Below, in pieces: positions 51,001-60,238 of a DNA stretch of 64,000 bases; position 1 is the stretch's first letter, and the number at the start of each line of letters is the position of its first letter. The stretch spans positions 1 through 64,000 of the forward strand of contig NMRA01000225.1 in the NCBI GenBank assembly GCA_002633005.1, in the 5' to 3' direction. Position numbers and translations under genes: made by a program. The stretch comes from Phoronis australis (taxonomy: Eukaryota > Animalia > Phoronida). A model generated the notes under the pieces. The model made no database searches. It had not been told where the DNA came from and saw only the letters and a list, made by a program, of their open reading frames with translations.

Positions 51001-54000
51001 TATCCAGCCATTTTTATGGAAAGTCATACGTAAGGCCATCTACGTGTCAAGAAGCCCACTGGCTGTCCAAAATTCCCTCTTAAAGTTTTCATTTCTCCCG
51101 TCAAGCATAGATTGCAATAATGGTGTTATCTTTCTACATGACATGTTCGTGTCCCTTTTCAATGTTTAAACTTTGGACCAATGTCCTTCATTTTGTCAAA
51201 GCAATTCTGTAATTTCTAATTAATTGCACTCTGCCAGGAAAGGCCAAAAAGTGTAATTGTGTCTGGTTTCTGTTTTTTTTTGAAAATCGTAGTCGGTGTA
51301 TTTTTAGCTGTTTCAAACAATGAAAAAGTTCAAATTTCAATTACAGATGTTGTTTTCATATGGACTGGAAAGAATGTTCACAGCAACATGTAGCGGCTTC
51401 TTACTGACTCTCATCTCTGATGCTGAGTTCAATGTAAACGTTCTATCTGTAGGCCTCACTGAAACTCTGATAAATCTCACAGTGCCAATACACCTGAATG
51501 CACTGAACCAATGTTTTCTCTGGCAGGTTAAATCTGGTACTCTTAGCTCCGACTCTGTCAAAACTGACAGCAATGGCTGGTCGTCTGGTTCAGTGGACAC
51601 AACGCGTCAGTCAAAAGCCACGGGACCCGTGACAGGCTCCTTCACCATCAATGTAAACGGAACAAAAACCACAGGTAGGCTCACCTATAGGTAATCCTTA
51701 GATTCATTAGTTACCAAAACGTCGTCGTTACACTGTCTGATACATATCAGCATTGCGAACAGTAACGTGTCACTCAAGGTCAGTTGATTATATTCCTTGA
51801 GTGCGTCACTTGCAAGAGTGGAGTCATCTTAATTTTAGAAAAGTTAGTTTTAAGGCTAAAATTGTTGAAAGCAAGCTTGAACACCAGCCATACCAATACA
51901 TTCAGGTCTAAAATACTAAGTTCAATAACAAAATCTTAGAAGTAAATGAAAATTGGTTATTCAGTTGTTTTTTACATTAATTTCTATCTAGAATAATTCA
52001 TGATTGTGGTTTGTACAAAAAGTCAAGAAGGCATAAGGGTAGCGACAGAAGTTTCCTGTCAAAACATGGTTGTGGACAAGCTTGTGAATGTTTGTTGACT
52101 AAATGTCATATGGTTGACCACTTAACATATGGCTATTCCTGATGTACAGAATGCAGTGCCTGATTCTTAGCTTAACGCCATCCTGCCAATTGTGACTTAA
52201 TGAAAATTCTAGGTTCCCAAACAAAAATTGACAACGTCAAACTGAGGTTGTTGGTCGTGAACCAAAAAGAAAGTTTGCTGCCATCACCATTATTAAAATG
52301 AGCACATTATTACGTATTCCATTCCTTCTGTAAATATGCACTGTTCATGGAGTAGTGCAGTATACATTACCCTTACGCTTCACTTAGTGGTGTCAGAGAT
52401 GTTTTTAGCCGATAGGGGTCCCGATCTTTGGAAATTACAAATTTTGACGTGAATTTCTTTTTGAATTATTGGCCGGATGTTGCTACTTGCTGTGGCGACT
52501 TTGTGGCGTCTTCAGATTTTTCCCAGGATCGCCAAACCCTATCCGAAGTTGATTGGTGAACTGCAGTTTGCCAGTTTGAGCACAGGAATGAAAGTAATTC
52601 TTGAAGACTTGAGCCTGCATGCTTATTCACTTTCCAGTACCATTTTCAAGTTCTGCTTTGGAGCTAGAGGCCAAGATCGAGTCTGCTTGTAGTGACAGCG
52701 TTGCGGTGAAAAAGACATTGGACACGGGCTTTTCCAGTGCTTGGGAAGTGACCTGGGAGAAGCCTGGTGGTAATCGATCAACCCTTGGTGTAAGTGAACA
52801 CATGGTTTAATATACAGTATTTGCTATATCCATTTAGGATGGATTCCAACATATTCTCATCCACCAAGTGGTCATTTTTATGCGGCCATATATTTGTATG
52901 GGGTGCATATCGCTGTCATCTCTGTCTGCGCATCTGGCGTCTGTTGTTTTATCTCCTAAACTCTCATAGGAATCTTCATGAAATTTGGCAGATGTGTTCC
53001 GATGAAGTTGACAACGGATGACGTCGAATTTCGGACAGATCCAACTACCGGTGTGCTCCCTAGTTTATTTTTTTGCGTTCACCTCTTCATCTTCAAAAAT
53101 CCTCAACAGATTTTCGTGAAGTTTGGCACATGGGCATGGAGTGAGTTGATGCTATTCCTCCCTTTTTCGAATGGATTTGTAGTATTTTGTGCCACCTAGT
53201 GGCCATTTTTACTGTGTTTGAGTCTGCCCCTCTATCAACCAAACCACTCTAAGGATGATTGAGAAAATTGGAATTGTTTGTAGTGGGCAGAAGATTTTTG
53301 ATGATGATTTTTGATGACTTCGACTTCTTTGGCGCTTCTTAGTGCAAGTTTTGTACTTTTTGCGCCCATAGCTGTATCTCCTAAACCAACTGCAGGATCT
53401 GTATTAAATTTTAGCAAGTGTGCATGAAGTTGACAACTTATGATGCCAACTTTCAGATGGATACGACAAACACTGTCAGGCCCCCTACTAGCTAGTATTT
53501 AATTTTTTTCCTCTGTATCTCTGAAGTCCCTTCATTGATGGTTTTTTATGAAATTTGGCAAATAGCTTTATATTTTAGAAACAATGACATGTCCCTGTTT
53601 CAGATGGATTCGATGTATATTTTTTGTGTTTAGCTCAGTCTGTATCTGTTGAGGTCCTTGCCAGATTCTAATGAACATCCATATATGGGTAATATTGGTG
53701 GGGAAGGCTATGGGCGTTTCAGTGTCTCCCCTTGCTCTTGTAAAAAGTCCCTAGTCGGGTGGCTAGGGTTTAATTTAGGTAGACTTTTCAGATCAGGTGC
53801 GAAAATGGGTCACATTTTAAGCCCTCTTTCAACAGGTAAGTCTTGAAATTATCGGGTTCTTAACATAAACACGGTTTTCATTTTTTCATTTTGGACGGAT
53901 TGTTCCATGATGTGAAAGCCCAGCTACAACCCCCCTACCCTAAAAATGAATGCCTCCGCTGGTCGCTTAAATTCTTGTCACTTTCCTACCTTTTGTACAT

Positions 54001-57000
54001 TTTCCTTTTTTCATTACCATTTGTGAACTGTCTGATCCCACAGTCTCCTACTTTTTTGTGGAAAGGTGTGGGAGCACGTTCCATCATGGTAGCTAGCTTT
54101 TTTGTGAAAGTGATCTCATAGAAAACAATTATTACCCTAATAGATTACATAACTGAAGTGAAAACCGTGACTAAATTAGCCATTGTCTTTTGACGAATCT
54201 AGTTTTCTTGAGATGCAGTCCACGTCTTCAACTCGTAAAATGTTATCTTAGCAAAAAGTAAAAAATACAATGAATTTGACTTGGTCTTTGCATTGTTTAG
54301 CTGTTGCCAAACTACTTTGTTTCGTAAAAATTTGATCAATGCAATACCCATTGAAAATTTTAGCAACCGTTTCCAAAGTGAATGATTTTTACTGAAGGTC
54401 AACATGTTGTTTGTCAGTTTATGTTATGTTTGACAGATTGATGATACCAGTTCCCTTGTTGGTGATGACATTTCTGTGAGTGTTGATGAGGTTGATGGAC
54501 ACCTTTTCGTTGACCCTATCATGGGAGACTTCCTCAGGACCGTCCATCGTGACTCCATGCAGGTATGGTGTTAGAACCTCCATGAGGAGGCAGTTTGGCC
54601 TGGTGGGTTGAGTGTCTGTCACCTGTTTGCAAGGTTTTATGCTCAAATCTCTCTGGACCCCACTGCTAGACCCTTGAATCAGGTCTCTAGCTCCTCCGAC
54701 AGCTTGGTTGTAATTTGTGTGTATATTTCCCTACGTCGTGTTTTTATTAAATTCAGGTGTTTAAGGTGGAATGGGTCTGGCTAAGCTGCCTGCACATACC
54801 ATTGTAATGTGTATTAGATCTAACCTCCACTTGTTGCTTAGTTGTCTCTGTTAAGAAGCACAGCTTTCCCAATATCGTATCCCTCATCTGAAGAAAAGCC
54901 TTGAAAGATAAACAAAATTAATTTTCATAACCACCTATGAGTTCAGTTGAGCTTTGGTTTATGATTCAAAGCATTGGTATTGTTTTAAATTGCAGTCATA
55001 TAAATTACCACTGTGCACAGAAGCCTTGTCAAAAAGCCAGCAACATAATGATTTTGGGTCAATCAGAATTAGCTTTGAATTTCATGCTTTTGCTAACACC
55101 TAACTGTGGTGTCTTGAAAAATTACACTTAAGACAACAAGAAGTGAGCTTGTTTTGAAATTTGAAAGTATTAAAATAAAAATGCTTTGGTATCAACTGAA
55201 ATTAAAAATCTTTATGAACAATTCCTAAACATACCTGGTGGGCAGGTTGAAGTCTATTTCAGTGGCAGAGAAACACTTTCAATTAATTGTATTTTCGTCT
55301 GTTTATTGCATTCCAGGCCTCTTTAGGGAATATTTGTCTGATTATTCTTGGCATGTGCTCCGTGAGCAAATGATAGGAATGAAAAAGCAGCAGCATTTTA
55401 CTATAAACCCATCTTCTGTCCCCAAAATAACTTTTGATTTAGATGGCTTATCGTTGTGAAATTGGCCTCAATTTGTCCCTTTGACACGAATTCTGGACTT
55501 AAAAGAACCGACAGTTTTTTTTCAGTTTGAGACAAGGCTCTGCAAGTTGACTTGTCACAGTGTAACATATTTGCCGAGCATCATCTATTGCAAAGGCGAA
55601 CCATGTCAGTTCTTTGTAAGGCCAAAAATCACTTCTCATCTAAGTATAGCAGTACGTTCTCTATATCTAAAGCTAGTTTCTGTGCCAGAATATGTGTGTT
55701 GATGCCCACCGATGTTAAATCCTGGCAGTTGATGTTTATTTACCTGGCGATACTGATCTGTTCTCCCACTAGGTGTCAGCACTTGTCAATGGTCTGCCAA
55801 CAAAATGCAGTGGTGACTGTTCTTTCTCCTACTCTGTTTCCAAGACACCAAAGGTGACTGCAATGAAATTGTCAGCAAACACGAAAAGTAGGTTTTTTAT
55901 CAAGTTGTTTGATTATGTTTTGATCGTTTGGAAGTGGCTTTGAGTTACTCTGCTGGATTTCAGCTAGGTCCTAGCGTAGGTCCTAGCATTACTGAACGCA
56001 CGCCTGGACTACTCAACAAAGGAGCATCAGATGCAATTATGCACAAGTTTCTCTTTTCCTATGTTGTAGCGAACCAACATGTTTTTCAACAATCGAAAAT
56101 GCTCTGTCAGCTTTCAGTAACGGATTAAAATTTTTATAGTCTGCAGTTCCAGAAGTGACCTGTTGAATGTTAATTTTTGTAAATTATTTTGGAAAAACTT
56201 CTGTTGTAAACGAGATTTCTTTTGTAAATATTTACAGATGTGGATTCTTCAGCATCGTGTACCTGCGGTAAGAGACAGTTGAGAGTTGTCATTTCCTTTT
56301 GTTGTCAACTGAATAATTCACAGTTAAGAGAGTTACAATAAACTAACTAGTCTTTCTTCCCAAGTCAGAAAGAATTCAAGCTATCTCATTTGTATTTACA
56401 CTTCCCTGTTGAGCAGTTCAGAAGACTTGCAATAAAGTGTAATGTTGCAGCACCCTTATTAACCCTATTCCTGAAAGTTCAACATTATTAGTAAGTTTCA
56501 AAGTTGCTGTGAACTTAAATTGTGATTTAGACCACTTTCTTCCATTCACAAAATTAATCTCAACTTGCTCCTTCCTCAGACAAAGAATGATTTCTGCCTA
56601 TGGAAAAATTGTCTTTGATAGTTAAGTGGTGCCTGAGGCCATGTTCTGCTCTTAAAATGACCCAATGGTATTGAGTCTGGTATCAAGCAATAGTTACTGC
56701 ATTAGGCAAATCTCACACTAAAGTATCCAGGGAAGTCCTCGACACCTCAAGGGCTTGATGGCGCCGTCATGGATGAAGTGAGCTAGTTGGTATTCATGGG
56801 CTTGGCTGAATGTGCTGGATAAGAAAATTGTGGTTGTAAACCAACATGCCTGTTTAGCATATGTGTTTCAGAGTAACAAAATGAACAATAAGTAAGGCAA
56901 ACAACCAACATAAGTGTTCTTAAAATTGACTTAGTAAATAATATCCGCCTTTGAATTTTTAAAATTGATGTTCATAGGCGTTCAGTAATAGCGTGCAACC

Positions 57001-60000
57001 ACCATACGTTTCCTTTGAAGCCTGCTTGTTATCATACGGGGCAAAAGACTTAGCCGGGCCAAAAGTTAACAAAAGAGCCAGATGTTATCGCATGTTCAGC
57101 ACCCCTCACGTCTGGAAAAGTTACTGAACGACAGAACGCTATAATGTAGTTTACTCAACCTTGGCTAGTGAATTCTGAAATGTTGTCAGATGAACAAAAG
57201 TGCTTTGGCAATATAAAGTGCCAGTCAGCCATAAGTTTTGACTGGGTGGGCTCACCTTCCAAACATTCACCATTTTCCCTTGTTACACTTTGCTTCCAGG
57301 CTCTACCGGGCCAGGCTGTAGCATGGGTAAGGTCTTGACTATTACTGGCACTGGCTTCAGCAACGACATTGCAAGCAACGTGGTGAGGTTGGGTGATACC
57401 TTGTGCACCGTAACCGCAGCAACCGATACCGAGCTCAAATGCATTGTGGGAAAGGCGTCAGCTGGTACCAAGACTGTGACGATCAATGTTATTGGGAAGG
57501 GTTTGGCGAGTGTGTCAGAAACATTCGATTACAAGCTATGCATTACTGGGATTTCGTCCATAGAGGGCAGTACTGGAGGTTTGTGATGAAAAGTTTAAAG
57601 ACAATGGCTATTGTCTTCAAGATGTATGAATTAAAAAGAAAATATTAAATCAATGTGTTACAGTTGTTAGTGATATGTTTTCAGACAATTTTGATTAAAT
57701 CGTCTGCCTATTTCAGAAGATCAATTGAATTTCATAATTTACTTTGATGATAGATATCCTTTGGTGTTTTCATGCTGGATTTAATCTACTTTAATTTGTC
57801 TTTCATCTTGTATTTCCCTCTTGATGATTGAGAATTGTTATTCAAGGAGGTGAATTCGGTATTTATTTAGCACACAGTATGGTTGTCAAGTGAAACTCTA
57901 TTTTGTCTGTATTAAATACTTCATATATTAAAAGTTTTCTTAGAGCATTTACTTTGTAGATTCTGTAAAACAACTTTGTTCAATTTTCTATTATTTGCAG
58001 TTGTAATCAGCCTTCGGAAAAAATTGTAAAAATGACAAGTTTGACATTATTTATTTTTGTGCAAAATAAGTGATGAGTTACGGTAGTTGTATTCCATTTT
58101 TGAAGTAAGACTGCTCTTCTTTCTTGTCACTAAAACAGTCACTCAGCAAGCACTGTGAAATTTTCGGATCATCATCATTAGAAGACACAAAGTGTACAAA
58201 TTTAATTGTTTGGTATTTCTGATGCATGACCCTGGCTAACAAGCTTGATGGCGGACTGACATTAAGCTGTACATGTCGGGGTAGTTGAGTTGCAAGTTTT
58301 AATTCAGTGTTACTTTCTACAGGAGGCAACTGTAAGACACACAGCAGTAGACCGCCAAGGAAACCTTTATGTATCACAGGCAAGTCTGGAACTTTACTGA
58401 AAGTCTTCTATTTTCTTGTTTTGTTTTCTCTCACTTTCATATTGCTGTCATCTTTCTCTGTCATCTGTCTGTGGTTGTATCTGCTACCCCTTGCGGGATC
58501 TTTTTCAAATTTGGCAAGTTCTTTGATGGTGACAACAGAGGATGATGATGTTTGGATGGATGTGACTATTTCTGTGCCCCCTAGAGCAACAATATTTTTA
58601 CGTTTGCCTCCGTATCTTCATACTTCCCTGATTTATTTTCATGAAATTTTTCCAAAAAGTATCTATGATAGAGACAACACCTTCCATTTTCAGATAGGTT
58701 CGATGAATTCTGTGCCTCCTAGTGATATTCAGATGGGTCTGACTACTCTGGCACCCCCTAGTGGGATTTCTTGCCTGCGGTTCATCATCTACTATGTTCC
58801 TTGAAATATGCTCCTGCTGAGTACAGTACAATTTATGTGAATTTGGGCAAAATCCGACTTCTGCGGAGTCTCTTAGCGACAATTTTCATTGGTTTCCATT
58901 TCCTGGATTCTTGCCAATTTTCGTGGTGAAATTTGACACATAAAGATACGAGTAGAAGATGACTACACCTGCCCCATCTTGCATGGATTGACCAACACTG
59001 TACCTTCTACTGGCCTTTTAATTATTTAATTGACTTGTTTTTCGTTGCACTCGTTGCTCATCTGCCAAACCGCTTGAAGAATTATGATGAATGGTTGTGG
59101 ATGTGTTTTTAAGAGCGCTTAACCGACTTAATTTGCCTCCGCTAGAGCTTGTGTTGAATAGTTATTAGCATTGCACCCTTGTATTGGGAATGTTCTTTCC
59201 TGTGCTATGTGTGATGCACAGGGTGGGGTATATACTAGCTACACTGTGCGCTCTTGTTAAAAAATGATTTGACTACACGCCACATTATTTATCATACAGT
59301 GCTGCTCAGCAGGTGATGCATCTTTAGTCATAAATTTGACATGTTCATTATTGTTCATACTAGGCACCTTCTATTTAAACCCTTGAAACTGCTTCACTTG
59401 TTTGTTTTTTTATTTAGATGAATGTAATTAAGTGTTCAAGTAATCCTTCATGGATGTTTTGATTCATCATTTCATCAGGAGGCCTGCCAGTCACAGTGTC
59501 TGGGTCTGGATTCAGCGAAACATCCCGTATCACCATTGGTAGTGATAACTGCAAATTGATTCCAGCCAGGACGACCTTGACTACTCTTGTCTGTGTGCCG
59601 TCTGCTTTGGTAGGTGACTCTCCATACAGTTTCAAATGCATAGATAGTGGGATATCATATGTCATATATGATCAAAGACCCATCATGACGATTGATAACT
59701 AATCGTTATTCGTCATTCCAACTACTGTGAACCTGAATTCCGCCTGTAACTTGTGCTCGGTCATTGTGATGGGGAATTCTGGGTAATTTTATCTCATAAT
59801 TTACGCCTTGTACCGTCTGGTAGTAGAAGCCTAGACACATGTCTAAGTTTGGCTAACAACGGAACGCATGTTTTAGAGAAATGGCTGATCATATTGAGGG
59901 TAAACTTTCACTCAGGTAGTTAATGCTTCATGTATTGTTTTCCATTTAAAGTACAGTTTTTAAGTGGGCCACTTTTGCATGAAGGGATATCAAAGAATAA

Positions 60001-60238
60001 GACTTTAATGTTTTATTGTCAAAATGAAAAGTTGCTTTAAACTATTGGTGTAAATTTCCCCTCACTTCTATTTAATGCTCCCACTTGTTCCTTTTTCAGG
60101 GTGCTGCAAAATCTGTTACACAATTGACAGTGATTGATGGTACAAGATCTGCCTCTTGCTCCAGTTGTGAGCTTGCATTCAACCAGGACAAAACACCTGT
60201 GGTGAATTCCATAAATCCTGTTAGTTCACCTCTTGCAG
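23877..60238 (+). CDS. PKHD1L1: Fibrocystin-L / PKHD1L1-like gene (partial; 27 traced exons, ~1,220 aa; IPT/TIG repeats + PA14)
   Basis: All exons are AG/GT-bounded with consistent phases. The peptides follow the order of vertebrate PKHD1L1 as I recall it (CYT-xMP, TDVYGSN, GFLVAP...FYIKGDD, TGDA, YCGxxSxKNP, LCxAYK, WxYTC, GDxLRT, VNGxPxKCSGDC). Exon 1 and downstream exons not located. Confidence 0.9.
24821..24920 (+). CDS. PKHD1L1: PKHD1L1-like exon (PMPLDEYFARVRV...YCTVT)
   Basis: ttgcag|...|gtaagt; phase 2 to 0. Confidence 0.88.
25648..26667. mobile_element. MITE with GGCGGA-type TIRs and 5-bp TSD CTACT (hAT5-like by inference)
   Basis: CTACT|CAGTGGCGGATCTAGG...CCCAAATCCGCCTATG|CTACT, with G/C-run subterminal motifs. 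Confidence 0.8.
25909..25966 (-). other. tRNA-derived (SINE-head-like) sequence with Pol III A/B boxes inside the MITE
   Basis: Minus strand cgtggTGGTGTAGTGGtaacgtacgcgcgctctatccgctaggtcgtgaGTTGGAGTC: A box plus a degenerate B box (GTTCGAGTC expected); not a full tRNA. Confidence 0.55.
27204..27264 (+). CDS. PKHD1L1: PKHD1L1-like exon (VDKMKTPYIKWIKPRSAPPG)
   Basis: ttttag|...|gtaaga; phase 0 to 1. Confidence 0.85.
28990..29680. repeat. Dispersed repeat, copy 2 (see 180-810)
   Basis: Colinear diverged match to the start of the window; boundaries approximate. Confidence 0.7.
30435..30549 (+). CDS. PKHD1L1: PKHD1L1-like exon (TLLKIRGLLWTDVYGSN...IQFKR)
   Basis: ttacag|...|gtattg; phase 1 to 2. 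Confidence 0.88.
31047..31076 (+). CDS. PKHD1L1: PKHD1L1-like 30-nt micro-exon (GVAGSQECK)
   Basis: ttttattttccag|...|gtaagt; phase 2 to 2; supplies the TIG GxxC motif. Confidence 0.8.
32571..32647 (+). CDS. PKHD1L1: PKHD1L1-like exon (QKELLTLDKNLDWGYAYCKVQGNEIG)
   Basis: cgacag|...|gtcagt; phase 2 to 1. Confidence 0.82.
33660..33800 (+). CDS. PKHD1L1: PKHD1L1-like exon (GMRVSLIVSGEYGR...KIEMYQQYA)
   Basis: acctag|...|gtatga; phase 1 to 1. Confidence 0.88.
34958..35071 (+). CDS. PKHD1L1: PKHD1L1-like exon (TIG3: EVLSVSPKEGSMMGGMELTVRG...)
   Basis: ttccag|...|gtaggg; phase 1 to 1. Confidence 0.9.
35300..35401 (+). CDS. PKHD1L1: PKHD1L1-like exon (GVPCNVKPGSFSETQVVCITG...YYE)
   Basis: tactag|...|gtaaac; phase 1 to 1. 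Confidence 0.88.
36221..36265 (+). repeat. Imperfect (CTG)n microsatellite, intronic
   Basis: gctgctgctgctgctgcagctactgctgctgctgctgctgcagc. Confidence 0.9.
36559..36857 (+). CDS. PKHD1L1: PKHD1L1-like exon (PA14 domain: GNRG...YFVAPFSGTYTFLAKADD...KNK)
   Basis: ttccag|...|gtgggt; phase 1 to 0; PA14 APxxGxYxF...DD motif. Confidence 0.92.
37980..38074 (+). CDS. PKHD1L1: PKHD1L1-like exon (MRVAFTT...QFTLVKGKR)
   Basis: ttgtag|...|gtaagt; phase 0 to 2. Confidence 0.87.
38184..38748. repeat. Intronic dispersed repeat copy A (inverted copy B 48610-49175; partial direct copy C 56969-57147)
   Basis: tgcaaccaccatacgtttcctttgaa...cagcacccctcacgtctggaaaagttactgaa is present in all three, reverse-complemented in B. 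Confidence 0.9.
39492..39654 (+). CDS. PKHD1L1: PKHD1L1-like exon (YYIQALH...QTGDAYMEKQ...IEKQ)
   Basis: ctgtag|...|gtctgt; phase 2 to 0. Confidence 0.88.
40656..40776 (+). CDS. PKHD1L1: PKHD1L1-like exon (TVVFNSIP...VQKVTVT...FRLCIVGLCT)
   Basis: ctgcag|...|gtaagt; phase 0 to 1. Confidence 0.87.
41161..41301 (+). CDS. PKHD1L1: PKHD1L1-like exon (LMKVDERD...GIYTITFAAQAG)
   Basis: tttcag|...|gtgtgt; phase 1 to 1. Confidence 0.85.
41931..42103 (+). CDS. PKHD1L1: PKHD1L1-like exon (NVPKMTYE...ALSADT)
   Basis: tgacag|...|gtgagt; phase 1 to 0. Confidence 0.87.
42711..42935 (+). CDS. PKHD1L1: PKHD1L1-like exon (FKDILGGLFKPRC...YWEDFE...FCGSKSWKNP...KDYS)
   Basis: cattag|...|gtaagc; phase 0 to 0. 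Confidence 0.88.
42901..43137 (+). repeat. 58-bp x4 minisatellite spanning an exon 3' end and its 5' splice site
   Basis: Unit ctgg(a/g)gttagcata..aacagtaaagactattctgtaagcattattgcgtaatgttt starts at 42901, 42959, 43017 and 43075. Confidence 0.95.
43536..43630 (+). CDS. PKHD1L1: PKHD1L1-like exon (LCFAFKAPSDE...PVGTG)
   Basis: ttgcag|...|gtacgt; phase 0 to 2. Confidence 0.87.
43894..44588. mobile_element. Foldback/MITE with ~110-bp TIRs enclosing a ~29-32-bp minisatellite (~44180-44447)
   Basis: aacactttccattttaaaaagggaatttccactcattccc...aattgatata mirrors tatatcaatt...gggaatgagtggaaattcccattttaaaatggaaagtgtt. Internal units gcagaaatttctgcgcacagcagaattccagt. Confidence 0.88.
46754..46905 (+). 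CDS. PKHD1L1: PKHD1L1-like exon (WQYTCVNI...DIYVDQVMVS...AQ)
   Basis: ttacag|...|gtaatt; phase 2 to 1. Confidence 0.88.
47230..48230. repeat. Dispersed repeat copy 2 (see 7950-9110), containing an N-joined 0.29-kb duplication (47573-47863 / 47865-48156)
   Basis: Colinear with 7950-9110; N at 47864. Confidence 0.82.
48610..49175. repeat. Intronic repeat copy B (inverted relative to A and C)
   Basis: Reverse complement of 38184-38748. Confidence 0.9.
50121..50269 (+). CDS. PKHD1L1: PKHD1L1-like exon (ISWSRIEP...LLSLRFGQ)
   Basis: gtgcag|...|gtaagt; phase 1 to 0. Confidence 0.86.
51527..51674 (+). CDS. PKHD1L1: PKHD1L1-like exon (VKSGTLSS...ATGPVTGSFTINVNGTKTT)
   Basis: tggcag|...|gtaggc; phase 0 to 1. 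Confidence 0.87.
52638..52789 (+). CDS. PKHD1L1: PKHD1L1-like exon (PFSSSALELEAKIE...AWEVTWEKPGGNRSTLG)
   Basis: ttccag|...|gtaagt; phase 1 to 0. Confidence 0.86.
52876..53741 (+). mobile_element. Helentron/HINE (DINE-1-like) non-autonomous element
   Basis: T-rich 5' flank, CTGTC-type microsatellite head, diverged internal repeats (tatctcctaaac...atgaaatttggca...ttcagatgga) and a 3' hairpin ggggaaggc...gtctcccc followed by gctcttgt. Confidence 0.55.
54437..54562 (+). CDS. PKHD1L1: PKHD1L1-like exon (IDDTSSLVG...LFVDPIMGDFLRTVHRDSMQ)
   Basis: tgacag|...|gtatgg; phase 0 to 0. Confidence 0.9.
55773..55887 (+). CDS. PKHD1L1: PKHD1L1-like exon (VSALVNGLPTKCSGDCSFSYSVSKTPKV...)
   Basis: cactag|...|gtaggt; phase 0 to 1. 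Confidence 0.9.
56238..56267 (+). CDS. PKHD1L1: PKHD1L1-like 30-nt micro-exon (NVDSSASCTC)
   Basis: tttacag|...|gtaaga; symmetric phase 1 to 1, so not required for the reading frame. Confidence 0.65.
56969..57147. repeat. Intronic repeat copy C (same orientation as A)
   Basis: Matches ~38562-38748 with a small internal deletion. Confidence 0.88.
57300..57578 (+). CDS. PKHD1L1: PKHD1L1-like exon (TIG: VLTITGTGFS...CTVTAATDTELKC...GKGLA...EGSTG)
   Basis: ttccag|...|gtttgt; phase 1 to 1; canonical IPT/TIG pattern. Confidence 0.92.
58323..58379 (+). CDS. Candidate 57-nt cassette exon with GC donor (GNCKTHSSRPPRKPLCIT)
   Basis: ctttctacag|...cacag|gcaagt; symmetric phase 1, no stop codon. Confidence 0.4.
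58415..59258 (+). mobile_element. Second, more degenerate HINE-like element related to 52876-53741
   Basis: Head catattgctgtcatc...tctgtctg, internal ttcatgaaattt and tttcagatagg..tcgatg, ending gctcttgt. Confidence 0.45.
59479..59609 (+). CDS. PKHD1L1: PKHD1L1-like exon (TIG: GLPVTVSGSGFS...ITIGSDNC...LVCVPSAL)
   Basis: catcag|...|gtaggt; phase 1 to 0. Confidence 0.88.
60100..60238 (+). CDS. PKHD1L1: PKHD1L1-like exon (GAAKSV...CELAFNQDKTPVVNSINPVSSPLA)
   Basis: tttcag|...|gtaaaa; phase 0 to 1. Confidence 0.86.
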
